A stretch of 64,000 bases of DNA, taken from Candidatus Oxydemutatoraceae bacterium (GTDB taxonomy: Bacteria > Pseudomonadota > Gammaproteobacteria > Poriferisulfidales > Oxydemutatoraceae). Within the stretch, counting starts at the first letter, position 1; every line of letters starts with the position of its first letter. The stretch spans positions 594,347 through 658,346 of the forward strand of contig OZ244717.1 in the NCBI GenBank assembly GCA_965218975.1, given 5' to 3'. Shown here piece by piece: positions 39,540 to 48,793 of this stretch. Below the pieces are notes generated by a model that was not told the DNA's origin, did not search any database, and was given only the letters and a program-made list of their open reading frames with translations. A program made the translations under genes and the position numbers.

Positions 39540-40358
39540 TCAGCTTTGTGTCAAAGGCCACTGCGACGCGAATATTTTCTTGCGCGAGTCAACGACTTGA
39601 ACCGATAGCGCTTGAGTTTTATCGGTCGGCATATATGCGAAGTCAAAACTGGGATTTTCGCTGAACGAAATATCTCCCTTGACCGCAAAGATTACATCAC
39701 CGACCTCGTTCTTAACCTCAACGGTTTCTATATAGTGCGGAGGAATAAAGTAAGTTGTGATCTGATCCTTTTGCAGACCCGAATAATTCGGATGCATGAT
39801 TGAGAGGTGGAAACTGTAAGCGTTGCCAGGTGCAACAGGTTTCTCCTGCGTTAAGCTGGTTTTGCCCATCATCAGTTTGGCCATGGCATCATCACCCATA
39901 GGCGGCGCCGAACATCCGCCTGAAGCCTTAACAAAAACGGTGCTCATATACAGTTCGCCTTTGTTGGTTTGCGCGATAGCGCGCACGGTGCTGTACTCGT
40001 TGACTCGAATGCGCGTGCCGATGCTTGCCGACGTTTGCGGCGATAAGCTAAAATGGGCTGCTATAGGCGAAGGGTTTTTATCGACAACTAGATAGTGGTC
40101 GGTAATAAACTCTGTGCCGTTTTGCGGGTAAGAGGAAAGAATCTTGACGGTGACGTCACCGCCGTTGGCCGGACGGGCGGGCACATCCAAACTAATCACT
40201 CCGGCGCCGTCTCGGACCGGCCGGTCCTTAAACAGGTAATGCCGGATGTCTTTCCAGGCGCGCTCATCTTTTTGTTCTACGGACCAGACCGTTCCGATCG
40301 CCAGTGTTGTGCCTGCCGCCACAGTTGAGATTAGAAATTTACGTCGAGCTAATTCCAT
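39540..40358 (-). CDS. Tat-secreted fused SoxY-SoxZ-like sulfur carrier protein
   Basis: Twin-arginine signal RRKFLISTVAAG; mid-protein Cys motif KASGGCSAPP where stand-alone SoxY ends in GGCGG; followed by a SoxZ-sized domain. Confidence 0.5.
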   Translation of the reverse strand: MELARRKFLISTVAAGTTLAIGTVWSVEQKDERAWKDIRHYLFKDRPVRDGAGVISLDVPARPANGGDVTVKILSSYPQNGTEFITDHYLVVDKNPSPIAAHFSLSPQTSASIGTRIRVNEYSTVRAIAQTNKGELYMSTVFVKASGGCSAPPMGDDAMAKLMMGKTSLTQEKPVAPGNAYSFHLSIMHPNYSGLQKDQITTYFIPPHYIETVEVKNEVGDVIFAVKGDISFSENPSFDFAYMPTDKTQALSVQVVDSRKKIFASQWPLTQS

Positions 40359-40440
40359 GACAACCCCCTGTTTTTTTTTTAGCCTGTCGGGATTATATCA
40401 TCGGATGGGCGTTACATAGTGAAATTGTTATGCACTAACT

Positions 40441-40500
40441 TAAGAGGGTGTAAGCGGACACGCGAAATGAGGGAAAGGGACACAACTTGAGGGGAAATTA
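40441..40500 (+). repeat. Putative prophage terminus with tandem ~20-bp transposase-binding-like repeats (cluster C1)
   Basis: TGTAAGCGGACACGCGAAATGAGGGAAAGGGACACAACTTGAGGGGAAATTAG; the TGAGGGAAAGGG.CACAA and CTTGAGGG.AAA half-sites recur at 42250-42285. Confidence 0.45.
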
Positions 40501-40544
40501 GTCCGGATGCAGGATTACCAGGGCTCTGATCGTTCAATTTACAA

Positions 40545-40660
40545 TAGAAACCTTTCTGCCTATGCGTTCCACGCAGACAGGTGATGCGATGACCGATGTG
40601 CTGATATTGCATGTCGGACACTTTTTTGAGTCGTGCCATAAGTCCTGTATGTATCCGGAC
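40545..40660 (+). repeat. Second copy of the ~100-bp element found upstream of the IS1595 transposase
   Basis: See feature 32793-32890. Confidence 0.7.
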
Positions 40661-40677
40661 ACGCACAAGTTAATGCC

Positions 40678-41334
40678 CTAGGCAATACTTCCATTCAAAT
40701 CATACAGTTCACACATTTGCGCTAAAAATTGCGTTTGTCCACCATAACTAGGATGACGTACTTGAATAACTTTGTCTCGTTTATCTCGAGCGCATAAGCG
40801 GAGCGCTGTTTGCATTGCATCATTGCCTATTGCAATCAACCGACCCGGCTTCAACAGCCGAATAAGTTGGGAGAGAAATTCCTCACCGGATCGTTGCTCG
40901 AAAGAATTATGAGGGCGGTTACTGAAAGGGCTGTGAGGCTCGTGAGGGTGTAGTGGAAAAACATTCCAAAGAAAGACAGATGCGTCAACTCGTGAAAGAA
41001 CCTGCCAGATGACAGCCGCAGTTCGCTCAATAACCACTTTCCCCCTCGTTGGCCGATTTATAGATAAACCCCACCGCTGAGCGTGAGCATGAATATGAAC
41101 ATCATCTGTTAAGGCAAGCCCTGTTCTCCTGCCGCCACGATAGCCCAGATCGCGTCCAATCCAGAGAGAATCAATTTCCTGTTCTGTTGCTACCTCAAGC
41201 ATGGATTGCAACATCTGTGCTCTACTACGCGGTGCGTCATCCAAGTCGTGAACAGCACAACGGTTTGAATAAGGATTAAACGTATTTTCAAAATTCAACC
41301 CACACAATTCTCCCACATATTGGGCCGGCCTCAT
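40678..41334 (-). CDS. Divergent uracil-DNA-glycosylase-superfamily protein (family-4-like; catalytic motif A altered)
   Basis: 218 aa; WIGRDLGYRGGRRTGLALTDD aligns to motif A GE(A/G)PG...G.PF.G.AG with Glu and Pro replaced; C-terminal HPS motif (VRHPSYGG). Confidence 0.55.
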   Translation of the reverse strand: MRPAQYVGELCGLNFENTFNPYSNRCAVHDLDDAPRSRAQMLQSMLEVATEQEIDSLWIGRDLGYRGGRRTGLALTDDVHIHAHAQRWGLSINRPTRGKVVIERTAAVIWQVLSRVDASVFLWNVFPLHPHEPHSPFSNRPHNSFEQRSGEEFLSQLIRLLKPGRLIAIGNDAMQTALRLCARDKRDKVIQVRHPSYGGQTQFLAQMCELYDLNGSIA

Positions 41335-41351
41335 GTCTTACCCTTTCTCAT

Positions 41352-42107
41352 CTATTGACTTGTACTTAATAGTACGGGTTCCTCTCTGTTTGTTTTTGGC
41401 CCTGCCGGAATTTCATCGTATGTGCGATTATTAAGTATTCGACCATTTCGGTGCTTTTGAACGCCACCCCATTGTTTGAAAAAGAACGATGCGCCAAACG
41501 TTCTGCACTGATCCTTGATTGACAGAACCCAATCTTCTTTCATTGGTCTTGCGCCGGGCCCGGACTCTCCGCCGACAATAACCCAGTGAATACCTCTTAA
41601 CGGCAGATCATCGACAGGACCAATCAGTGGTTCACAAGAGAGAAAACGTGTATGAGAAGGAACTTCCCGCAAATCATGGATACGCTGATAAACCCGATCG
41701 TCTTCTACACTAACACCCATCCAGATATTTGGTGTCCACTTGAGCTTGTTCGCCAGGGATTTCAGGCGCCCGCTGCGTTTGGTGAGAATCTGGAAAATGT
41801 GTTGGGAACAATCGTTCATCGTTTTGAATGCTTGCTCGATAAATCCGGTTGGTACGTTTTGGTGGAAAATATCGCTCATGGAGTTGACGAATATCATGCG
41901 GGGTGAGCGCCATTTGCGGGGCGCATCCAATAAATCTTCGTGCAACGTTAGTTTGAAACCGTTTCGGTAGCGCTTATTTCCCATCAATTTGAGGCGACGG
42001 GACATACGTTCCGCATAGCAGTGCTTGCAGCCGGCACTGACCTTCGTGCAGCCCGTGACGGGGTTCCAAGTCATTTCAGTCCATTCAATTTTGGAGCGGG
42101 ATGTCAT
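41352..42107 (-). CDS. Phage Gp37/Gp68-family (DUF5131) protein with N-terminal CxxxxxxCxxC cluster
   Basis: 251 aa; the N-terminus TWNPVTGCTKVSAGCKHCYAERM is characteristic of the Gp37Gp68 family; 17 nt upstream of the UDG-like gene (co-operonic). Confidence 0.6.
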   Translation of the reverse strand: MTSRSKIEWTEMTWNPVTGCTKVSAGCKHCYAERMSRRLKLMGNKRYRNGFKLTLHEDLLDAPRKWRSPRMIFVNSMSDIFHQNVPTGFIEQAFKTMNDCSQHIFQILTKRSGRLKSLANKLKWTPNIWMGVSVEDDRVYQRIHDLREVPSHTRFLSCEPLIGPVDDLPLRGIHWVIVGGESGPGARPMKEDWVLSIKDQCRTFGASFFFKQWGGVQKHRNGRILNNRTYDEIPAGPKTNREEPVLLSTSQ

Positions 42108-42249
42108 CTTAATTATCTACTCGCGTTTAGAATATAGCCGGCACACTTCTTTGCCAAAGCGATTGCGTTTGGTGAATCATTTCCAACACAGAATATGAAC
42201 TCATAGAGCGGCGACTTTCTCGAGTTTACCAATGTCTTTGATTTTTCCA

Positions 42250-42285
42250 TTAATCTTGAGGGAAAGGGGCACAACTTGAGGGAAA
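42250..42285 (+). repeat. Internal copy of the terminus-like repeat cluster (C2), lacking the TGTAAGCGG terminal portion
   Basis: CTTGAGGGAAAGGGGCACAACTTGAGGGAAAAATTA versus C1 at 40466-40500. Confidence 0.6.
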
Positions 42286-42304
42286 AATTAAAGCCGATTA
42301 CCCA

Positions 42305-43006
42305 TTACAACGCAATGCCTGTCTCATATACGTGCACCTCTAGCGCAGTGCGACGTCCAGGTACCTGCTGTGTTCCTAGGAGTGTTTCGGTCGCGAGAGT
42401 GATGAGTTCGCCGCCCAGGAAAGAATAATTATGTACTATTCGGTAAGAAAATGAATCTTGCCCTACACTCGGGAGCACCTCCCATTGTGTCGTCCCCCTG
42501 TTATGGGTCTGCAAACGGTATAGGAACCATTGATGCAGCCTGTTTACGTCATTGACTTCTGGGCGGCTGTCCGGCTCAAATTCGGCGAAAGCGCCAAAGA
42601 ATAAAGACAATTTCCCCCTTTGGCCGGCAAGTGATCTTGGAACTTCGAGCACAAAATATTCGGTGTATTCCGTAGTGCCCGCGGATGACCTAGCACCATT
42701 AGGGGCGGGGGCTATTGTGGTACTGAACCCATAGCGCGGATTGGAAAACTGTAATTCTCCATCCCAAATCATACTGGGGAGATCGGGGTCATACTCGCCT
42801 ACTGAAATCTCTGATGCAGTGTGGATAGCGGCGAGAGCCAAATAGGTTGTTTTGGCGGCATCGGAACTGACGATGTTTTCTAGCGCGTTGACTCGCCGCG
42901 TAAGCTCCTCCACCCGCTCATCTTGAGTGAACACCGACACTGACCGCGCGATACTCAAGCTGATAGGCTTCTGAGGTGTAATTTTAAGCGAGATAGATTG
43001 CGTCAT
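42305..43006 (-). CDS. Phage tail-fibre-region protein (233 aa)
   Basis: Last structural ORF distal to the J-like gene; no motif assigned. Confidence 0.45.
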   Translation of the reverse strand: MTQSISLKITPQKPISLSIARSVSVFTQDERVEELTRRVNALENIVSSDAAKTTYLALAAIHTASEISVGEYDPDLPSMIWDGELQFSNPRYGFSTTIAPAPNGARSSAGTTEYTEYFVLEVPRSLAGQRGKLSLFFGAFAEFEPDSRPEVNDVNRLHQWFLYRLQTHNRGTTQWEVLPSVGQDSFSYRIVHNYSFLGGELITLATETLLGTQQVPGRRTALEVHVYETGIAL

Positions 43007-43009
43007 GAT

Positions 43010-43429
43010 CTACTGAGTAATATCTCCAACCACCTCAAACACCAACGGCGGTTCATCTGCTCCGGGCACTGTATACGGTCCGTCGTCGGCGATTCTAACT
43101 TCTATATCCGCCAAGAATCGACCCGCTGGCCACTGGCGCGTCTCCTCCGCGGCGGCGGCAATGATCAGGTTGTTGCCAGCGGCGTCAAGCTCCGACAACC
43201 GTGTGATTATGCCATCTGCCGAGAAGTCAAAAATCAAGTCTTTGTTGACCCCCTTACGCACCTGCATCCGAATCTCGTATGTTTCGTCCAGCACTGCGAC
43301 CTCGCCACTCAACCCTGACAGTTTAACACGTAGCTCGAACTTGTCGCCCCGCTTGACGCGGATCACCGGATTACTCATCTTGCTCATCCGTTGGCTCCGC
43401 GAACTCAAAACTGCCGTCGGCATACTCAT
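43010..43429 (-). CDS. Phage hypothetical protein (139 aa)
   Basis: ORF in the distal tail gene block, tightly spaced. Confidence 0.4.
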   Translation of the reverse strand: MSMPTAVLSSRSQRMSKMSNPVIRVKRGDKFELRVKLSGLSGEVAVLDETYEIRMQVRKGVNKDLIFDFSADGIITRLSELDAAGNNLIIAAAAEETRQWPAGRFLADIEVRIADDGPYTVPGADEPPLVFEVVGDITQ

Positions 43430-43628
43430 GCAGATAATAGCCTCGCCGTGCTAGTTCTCCCTCCGCCCACGGAAAAGGCGCAGGCAATCGCGCAATCGCC
43501 TGAATAACATCTTCTTTGCGCAGATTCACCAACCGTGCGGCGCCAACTTGCTCTGCTGTCAAAATAGGCTTCTTGGCTTGGTCGCGGCAAATCGCGCCGT
43601 CAGCGTGGAGATAAAGGTAAATTTTCAT
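43371..43628 (-). CDS. Phage hypothetical protein (85 aa; start uncertain)
   Basis: Small ORF overlapping its neighbour by 58 nt. Confidence 0.3.
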   Translation of the reverse strand: MKIYLYLHADGAICRDQAKKPILTAEQVGAARLVNLRKEDVIQAIARLPAPFPWAEGELARRGYYLHEYADGSFEFAEPTDEQDE

Positions 43629-44266
43629 GTTACTAAGTAGTAAATGAGCCGTCCCTCAAATGCCGCTAATTCGGTGTCGCTGGCGCCGGTGATGCTGTCA
43701 GGTTGATTGCGTGTCTCTACATTACCCAATGCGTTAGTCGGTAGACTGTACTTCAATGTCAGATAGTCATCGGTCTCCAGTACTGTCGTCACACTTCTGT
43801 AGTCGGTATTGGCCGGACGCCCGAAAGCAAAATAGGCATCGTCGCCAGTGAATCGGCGCGCGTATAACTGCACCCAGCGAGTATAAAAAGGTCCCTCTAA
43901 TTGTGATATCGCGCCTTTCGAGACTCTCCGCACATGTCCTTTGCTGTCAACCTCCACATGCGTAATCGCCTCCCCGGTCGCTGCCACAACGTTGGCAGGT
44001 GTCAGCAGTTGATTCGTGTGCTCCAATGTTCGCTCGCCGGCGCTATTGCTAAAAAGACGCAACGCGGCATCCAAGCCGAACAATTGATCTGCTTTGATTT
44101 TGGCGTCGGCATTTAGCGTAGGTATCCCGCTTGCTTGATTCAGCGCCTCAAGCAACTCAATGAATCGGTTGGCTAAGTTGAGGAGTTCCGCTCTCGCCAA
44201 AGACGGATTATCGCTGGCGGCGTCTAGGTGCCGCTTGAGTATGTCCGCTGGATTAGGTATCGGCAT
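43625..44266 (-). CDS. Phage tail protein (213 aa)
   Basis: Immediately downstream of the J-like gene. Confidence 0.45.
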   Translation of the reverse strand: MPIPNPADILKRHLDAASDNPSLARAELLNLANRFIELLEALNQASGIPTLNADAKIKADQLFGLDAALRLFSNSAGERTLEHTNQLLTPANVVAATGEAITHVEVDSKGHVRRVSKGAISQLEGPFYTRWVQLYARRFTGDDAYFAFGRPANTDYRSVTTVLETDDYLTLKYSLPTNALGNVETRNQPDSITGASDTELAAFEGRLIYYLVT

Positions 44267-47200
44267 CTATGCTTCCTCTTCCAATAGGATAATTTGCAAC
44301 GACGATAGTACGGCGGGCGATATTCCGTTCGTCATAATTCTCACTTGGAATTGGAATAGCCGTCCGGTAATTCGTTGATCTTCAGGTATCAATGTCCATT
44401 GATTGAAACCGCCCGAGTCGGGGTCAATCACACTGTACTCTAACGTGTAGCCGGATTCGCCCGTGATACCGGCCGACAGCAATGCTCTCACTGTTTTCTC
44501 AGTGAATACATCAATTAAATTTGTTTCGTATGTAGCTTCTTGCACCGGACTCTGTCCCCATATTGTCCAGTCAGCCCACGTCTGCGGCGCGGTGCTCCAC
44601 GTTAGAGATGAGGCGGTATGCAGATCACTGCCGCTGCGCACCAAGTTACCTATGAAGCCCGGCCATCTCTGCAAATGCTCGTTCGCGAAATAGATCGCCT
44701 GCCCGGGCGCGTTTACATTGAGATTAACTGTCTTATAAACGGCGTTTAATGATTCATTACCCGCGCGATTAACAGCTTTGACTCCAGCCGTATATGTGCC
44801 CGGAGGCAGGTGAAATGTTTCATGAGGGCTGGCGGTAATGAGCCCTTGATGCAGCGGCGTCATTGATTCCCACACACCGTCCAAGCCGATGGCCAACCGT
44901 ATCTGATAGCCTGCAACATCACCATCGTCTACCTCTCGCCATGAAATTGACGTGAGTCCTCCCGGGTCTTGGGTGATCATCAGCCCGAACACGTCATCGG
45001 GCACAATATCGTTATCTCGGAGCGTAATATTCTGACGCCACGCATGACCTGTATTTACGCCTCGTGCCCCCGGTATGATAATAACTGGATATCTACCGGT
45101 CTCTTGCGCCGGCACGGTCCACGAGGCACGTGTCGAATTCTCGATGTAGGTGACTTGCTCATGAGGGTCACCAACGAACACAGCGGCGGAAAAATAATCG
45201 CCACTCACGTCGAAAGCCAACGACAATACACGTTCATACACTCCATTACGGTATCGCCATAATTGCGTAACCGAGGTGCCGGTGATTATCGGCGCCTCAA
45301 ACCGCCGCCGCGCCTGTGCCACAACTGCCGGATTATTTTCTGCCTCATAGTATTCCGGCAGATAGTCAATACCGGTTAAAGTCGCTTGTCGCTCCTGCGT
45401 CCATTGCACACCGGTGATTTTGACTTGTCGGTGCCGGCCGCCCAGCCCAAAGTGAAAGTGTATATCGTCCGTCTGCCAATCATCGCTGATGCCGACATCA
45501 GCCGTATCACCATCTGTAGCGGAGACGGCGGGGGTAATCAGGATCACCTTCGCCGCATCGCTGCCGGGTCTGGCTTTAAACACCTTGACCGCGCCATTCG
45601 GATAAAACAGCGTGAGATACGCTTCTGCTCTGCCGCGAAAATCAACTGTCGCAGGTAGGCCGACCACGTTGTCCTCGCTGTCCCAACTCTTGATTCGACC
45701 CGCCGCATCAATGCGCGGAATTGCCATCGCAACGACATCGCCGCGGCTCAGCAATAACGCCTCCATGCCCATCTGCCAACTCTGCCCTCGTCGCAGCAAT
45801 TGGTTTGCCGACCACTGCAAATTCGCCTCCTTTTCCGCTTGCTTGCGCGTAGTCACGCCGACCAATTCGACGTTCGCTTGATTCGCGATAGCGCCTGTCG
45901 CAGTCGCGACGTTCGGCACGCGGATCGTGGAGTGCTCCCAGTGGTTCTCGGGATCAATATAGCGGGCGACGACTTGCTCCGCCAACGCATGCCCGCCGGC
46001 CCACTCGAGCGTGTGCGATCCCGCAATAATGTTAGCCGGTGACACAAGCATTGCTGACGGTTTGTGCGGCGCATCATACGATACGGATAATCTGCCGGCC
46101 GGCCAACCCCACGCCGCTCGCCCGCACCGTGCGATGACGTCTAGCACTCCCGCATGACTGTGCCCGCGTACGACATAGTCGCAATGGAGTTCGTTGTCCT
46201 GGCAAAACTCTGCCCAGTCGTTAAGATTGCCGATCATCTCGTCAGGCAATCCGATGCCGCCGGCGAGTACGTTGTCCGGGCGACGGAAACCGCGCGCATA
46301 CGCACGGAATATGGCTGCCGGATTACGCATTCGGTTGTCCCAGCTTTCCGGCGCTTTGACCCATGCCTCGTTATCGCTATCATAATAAGGAATCATCTGC
46401 CGGCAGAGCGACGACCATGTATTGATCTGGCCGGAGAGTTGCCCCGTAGCACGAATCACAACAGCCTCGCGCACTTGCCCGACGTAATCCGCAGTGTCCG
46501 GTTGATAGGCTTTGAGCTGCACCCACTCAAATGTATTCGTCTGCCCGAAACTGCCGGCCGAATCGTGATCTTCGGTCAACTTAGTAACGGCGACATCGTA
46601 TTCGCCGGCGGCATCAAGCCGGTAGCGGTAAGTTTTGCGCACCGGTTTCGTATTGTCGTTGCTGATATTGATCGTGTCGAGCCGCTGCCAATTATCCATG
46701 CCGACCAGACGCGTATCCACCGTGACCTCAATTGATGCAGTGCGCACTCCCTTCTTCGTCAGATCAAACAATATGCCGGTCAAATCCACTGCAATCTCGT
46801 CCACGTTGTCCGGCGTCGTACGCTCAACCGCATTATCGTGAGTTAGTTCGGCACCGGTGATAATAGCCACGTCGCCCGAATAACTCTGCAGCGCACCGGT
46901 AACTGCATGCGACTGCTCCGTCTCCACATCGTCGTATTGATCAATGCCGATGGTGCCGATGCGTGTGTCGCTGATTGCCACATTTCCGACCCCGTAATGA
47001 AACACTTGCTGTAAGTATTGCTTGTCGCCCTCAAAGTAAGTGACCGGTGCCGCCGCATTGTCTGGCTGCACGCGGTGTTCGCCGAGCACGAGCATAAACG
47101 GTTCCCACAGGCGCGTCTGGTTGCGCGCCGCGCTCAACGAGTAGATCGGCTCTTGTTCCTGTTGTCGCCGATTGCTTGGTTGCGGCACGGACGGCGCGAA

Positions 47201-47623
47201 TGCGCCGGCAATGAGCAGCCCGCCGACTGTGGTAATAGCCTGCGCGAATTTTGCGCCGATGGTGAAGCCGCCGATCTTCGTGCCTTCGATAGCGCCGGCG
47301 ACCACCGGCCCGACATAAAAAGCGGCAAACGCGAATGCGACTATCGCGATGATACTCCCGATGTTAAGGTCGCCTCGCACGACTGCGTGCACCTCAACGA
47401 TGTCGCGAGGACCGAGCCGATAGGAAAATGCACGGTCGTTGTCTATCTGCACACCGTTTACTCGGATGACCGGTGTGCCGGCGACCGTCGGCACGCGCAG
47501 ACGCTCAACATAACTAATGAGTGTCTCACCGTCTCGCGGTGGCATAAACAATACCTTGCGCTCGCCCGGCTGTAGCGGATGCGGCGAGATAATGAGCGAC
47601 GGCGGGATTAAGGCTTGTTCCAC
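44267..47623 (-). CDS. Host-specificity protein J-like central tail fibre/tip protein
   Basis: 1118 aa; the giant ORF after the K-like gene is typical of gpJ. Confidence 0.7.
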   Translation of the reverse strand: MEQALIPPSLIISPHPLQPGERKVLFMPPRDGETLISYVERLRVPTVAGTPVIRVNGVQIDNDRAFSYRLGPRDIVEVHAVVRGDLNIGSIIAIVAFAFAAFYVGPVVAGAIEGTKIGGFTIGAKFAQAITTVGGLLIAGAFAPSVPQPSNRRQQEQEPIYSLSAARNQTRLWEPFMLVLGEHRVQPDNAAAPVTYFEGDKQYLQQVFHYGVGNVAISDTRIGTIGIDQYDDVETEQSHAVTGALQSYSGDVAIITGAELTHDNAVERTTPDNVDEIAVDLTGILFDLTKKGVRTASIEVTVDTRLVGMDNWQRLDTINISNDNTKPVRKTYRYRLDAAGEYDVAVTKLTEDHDSAGSFGQTNTFEWVQLKAYQPDTADYVGQVREAVVIRATGQLSGQINTWSSLCRQMIPYYDSDNEAWVKAPESWDNRMRNPAAIFRAYARGFRRPDNVLAGGIGLPDEMIGNLNDWAEFCQDNELHCDYVVRGHSHAGVLDVIARCGRAAWGWPAGRLSVSYDAPHKPSAMLVSPANIIAGSHTLEWAGGHALAEQVVARYIDPENHWEHSTIRVPNVATATGAIANQANVELVGVTTRKQAEKEANLQWSANQLLRRGQSWQMGMEALLLSRGDVVAMAIPRIDAAGRIKSWDSEDNVVGLPATVDFRGRAEAYLTLFYPNGAVKVFKARPGSDAAKVILITPAVSATDGDTADVGISDDWQTDDIHFHFGLGGRHRQVKITGVQWTQERQATLTGIDYLPEYYEAENNPAVVAQARRRFEAPIITGTSVTQLWRYRNGVYERVLSLAFDVSGDYFSAAVFVGDPHEQVTYIENSTRASWTVPAQETGRYPVIIIPGARGVNTGHAWRQNITLRDNDIVPDDVFGLMITQDPGGLTSISWREVDDGDVAGYQIRLAIGLDGVWESMTPLHQGLITASPHETFHLPPGTYTAGVKAVNRAGNESLNAVYKTVNLNVNAPGQAIYFANEHLQRWPGFIGNLVRSGSDLHTASSLTWSTAPQTWADWTIWGQSPVQEATYETNLIDVFTEKTVRALLSAGITGESGYTLEYSVIDPDSGGFNQWTLIPEDQRITGRLFQFQVRIMTNGISPAVLSSLQIILLEEEA

Positions 47624-47982
47624 CGGTAGTACCCCTCAACGGCCAGCATCTGTTTTGCTAATATCGGTAGCGTGCTCAAGAATACACCGCCTGCCATCTG
47701 CGAATTATGTACCACGACGAGGTGCTTGAGCACCTTTGCTGCAACGCCCAAATGATAGCCTTTTACTCCCTTCATCAATACTGCATCGCCGTCTTTCGGA
47801 TCGTCGGTCTTTGCCCACCTTGGTGGCCAATGTCGACGAATGAAGGCAGGTGTCAATGCTTCATCCTGCGGTAAGACTAGGTCGCGCCCAAATTCTTGCC
47901 GCTGCACGTCGGCGAAAAATGCCGCGCAATCGTACTCATCGCTGTAGCGTGCACCTAACCAATTCGTAAACCAGTACGACAT
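47608..47982 (-). CDS. Tail assembly protein K-like NlpC/P60 (C40) peptidase-fold protein
   Basis: 124 aa with Cys motif YDCAAFFADV and downstream His residues. Confidence 0.5.
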   Translation of the reverse strand: MSYWFTNWLGARYSDEYDCAAFFADVQRQEFGRDLVLPQDEALTPAFIRRHWPPRWAKTDDPKDGDAVLMKGVKGYHLGVAAKVLKHLVVVHNSQMAGGVFLSTLPILAKQMLAVEGYYRWNKP

Positions 47983-48473
47983 CAGAAAAATAACCCCGGC
48001 GCTGTTGCCGGTTCAAACCGCTGCCGGACCGCCGGCCGGTTTAATGTGTTTGGCAGCCCCAACCGGAAAACAATCTCGCGCGCGGTCGCCTGAATGCCGA
48101 CGACCTCAAGCCCGCGAAAGGCAAACTTAACGTCGTCCGGTTCGCTACGTGCGACCTCAAGTAAATTGACTGTGGCGCCGTCGGCGCCGTTCGTCTGATC
48201 AATCACGTCAACCAGCGCATCAATGCGGTCGAATGCGATGGAGGCAGAGGGTTGTTGCCCCTCTTGTTCAGACGGTTTGCGGGCAACGAAACGTGCGCGA
48301 TGATAAGTGTATCCGTTCGACACAAAATCCTCCACGTCATTTGCCAACCGAAACGGCTCAACCAAATCAGGATGCACGAACTCAAGCAGCGTCACGGTTG
48401 CCGGTAAGTCACCGCGCAGTAGTTGCTCCGCCAATGTCATGCGAAAAACTCCAGCGTTAAATACGCCTGCCAC
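47982..48473 (-). CDS. Minor tail protein L-like
   Basis: 163-aa ORF between the M-like and K-like genes in lambda-type order. Confidence 0.5.
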   Translation of the reverse strand: MAGVFNAGVFRMTLAEQLLRGDLPATVTLLEFVHPDLVEPFRLANDVEDFVSNGYTYHRARFVARKPSEQEGQQPSASIAFDRIDALVDVIDQTNGADGATVNLLEVARSEPDDVKFAFRGLEVVGIQATAREIVFRLGLPNTLNRPAVRQRFEPATAPGLFF

Positions 48474-48793
48474 GGCCGCTCTGCTTGCGGGTCGCCAAGC
48501 ACATAGCGCACTCTGCCTGCGACGATTTGCGCTTGCACGTTCTCTGACGACCCATACAGCGGGAAACTAAATTGGTTTGCGCCGGTATTTAGATCATCGC
48601 GTACCCACGCCGCGAATAATGTTTTGTCGTCTTGCGTCAACGGCACCACGACAGTCAACGTATGCCGCGCCGCGCTGTAAATCCGTTTCTGCCGGGTGTA
48701 CCCGTCGTCGTAAGGCGTGCGCGCAAGCCCCGGATCAACATCCACTTGATGAGGGGTCACTTGCGGGTTGGCGTAGGCCGGCCAATCTGCCAT
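48437..48793 (-). CDS. Minor tail protein M-like
   Basis: 118-aa ORF directly after the tape measure gene. Confidence 0.45.
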   Translation of the reverse strand: MADWPAYANPQVTPHQVDVDPGLARTPYDDGYTRQKRIYSAARHTLTVVVPLTQDDKTLFAAWVRDDLNTGANQFSFPLYGSSENVQAQIVAGRVRYVLGDPQAERPWQAYLTLEFFA

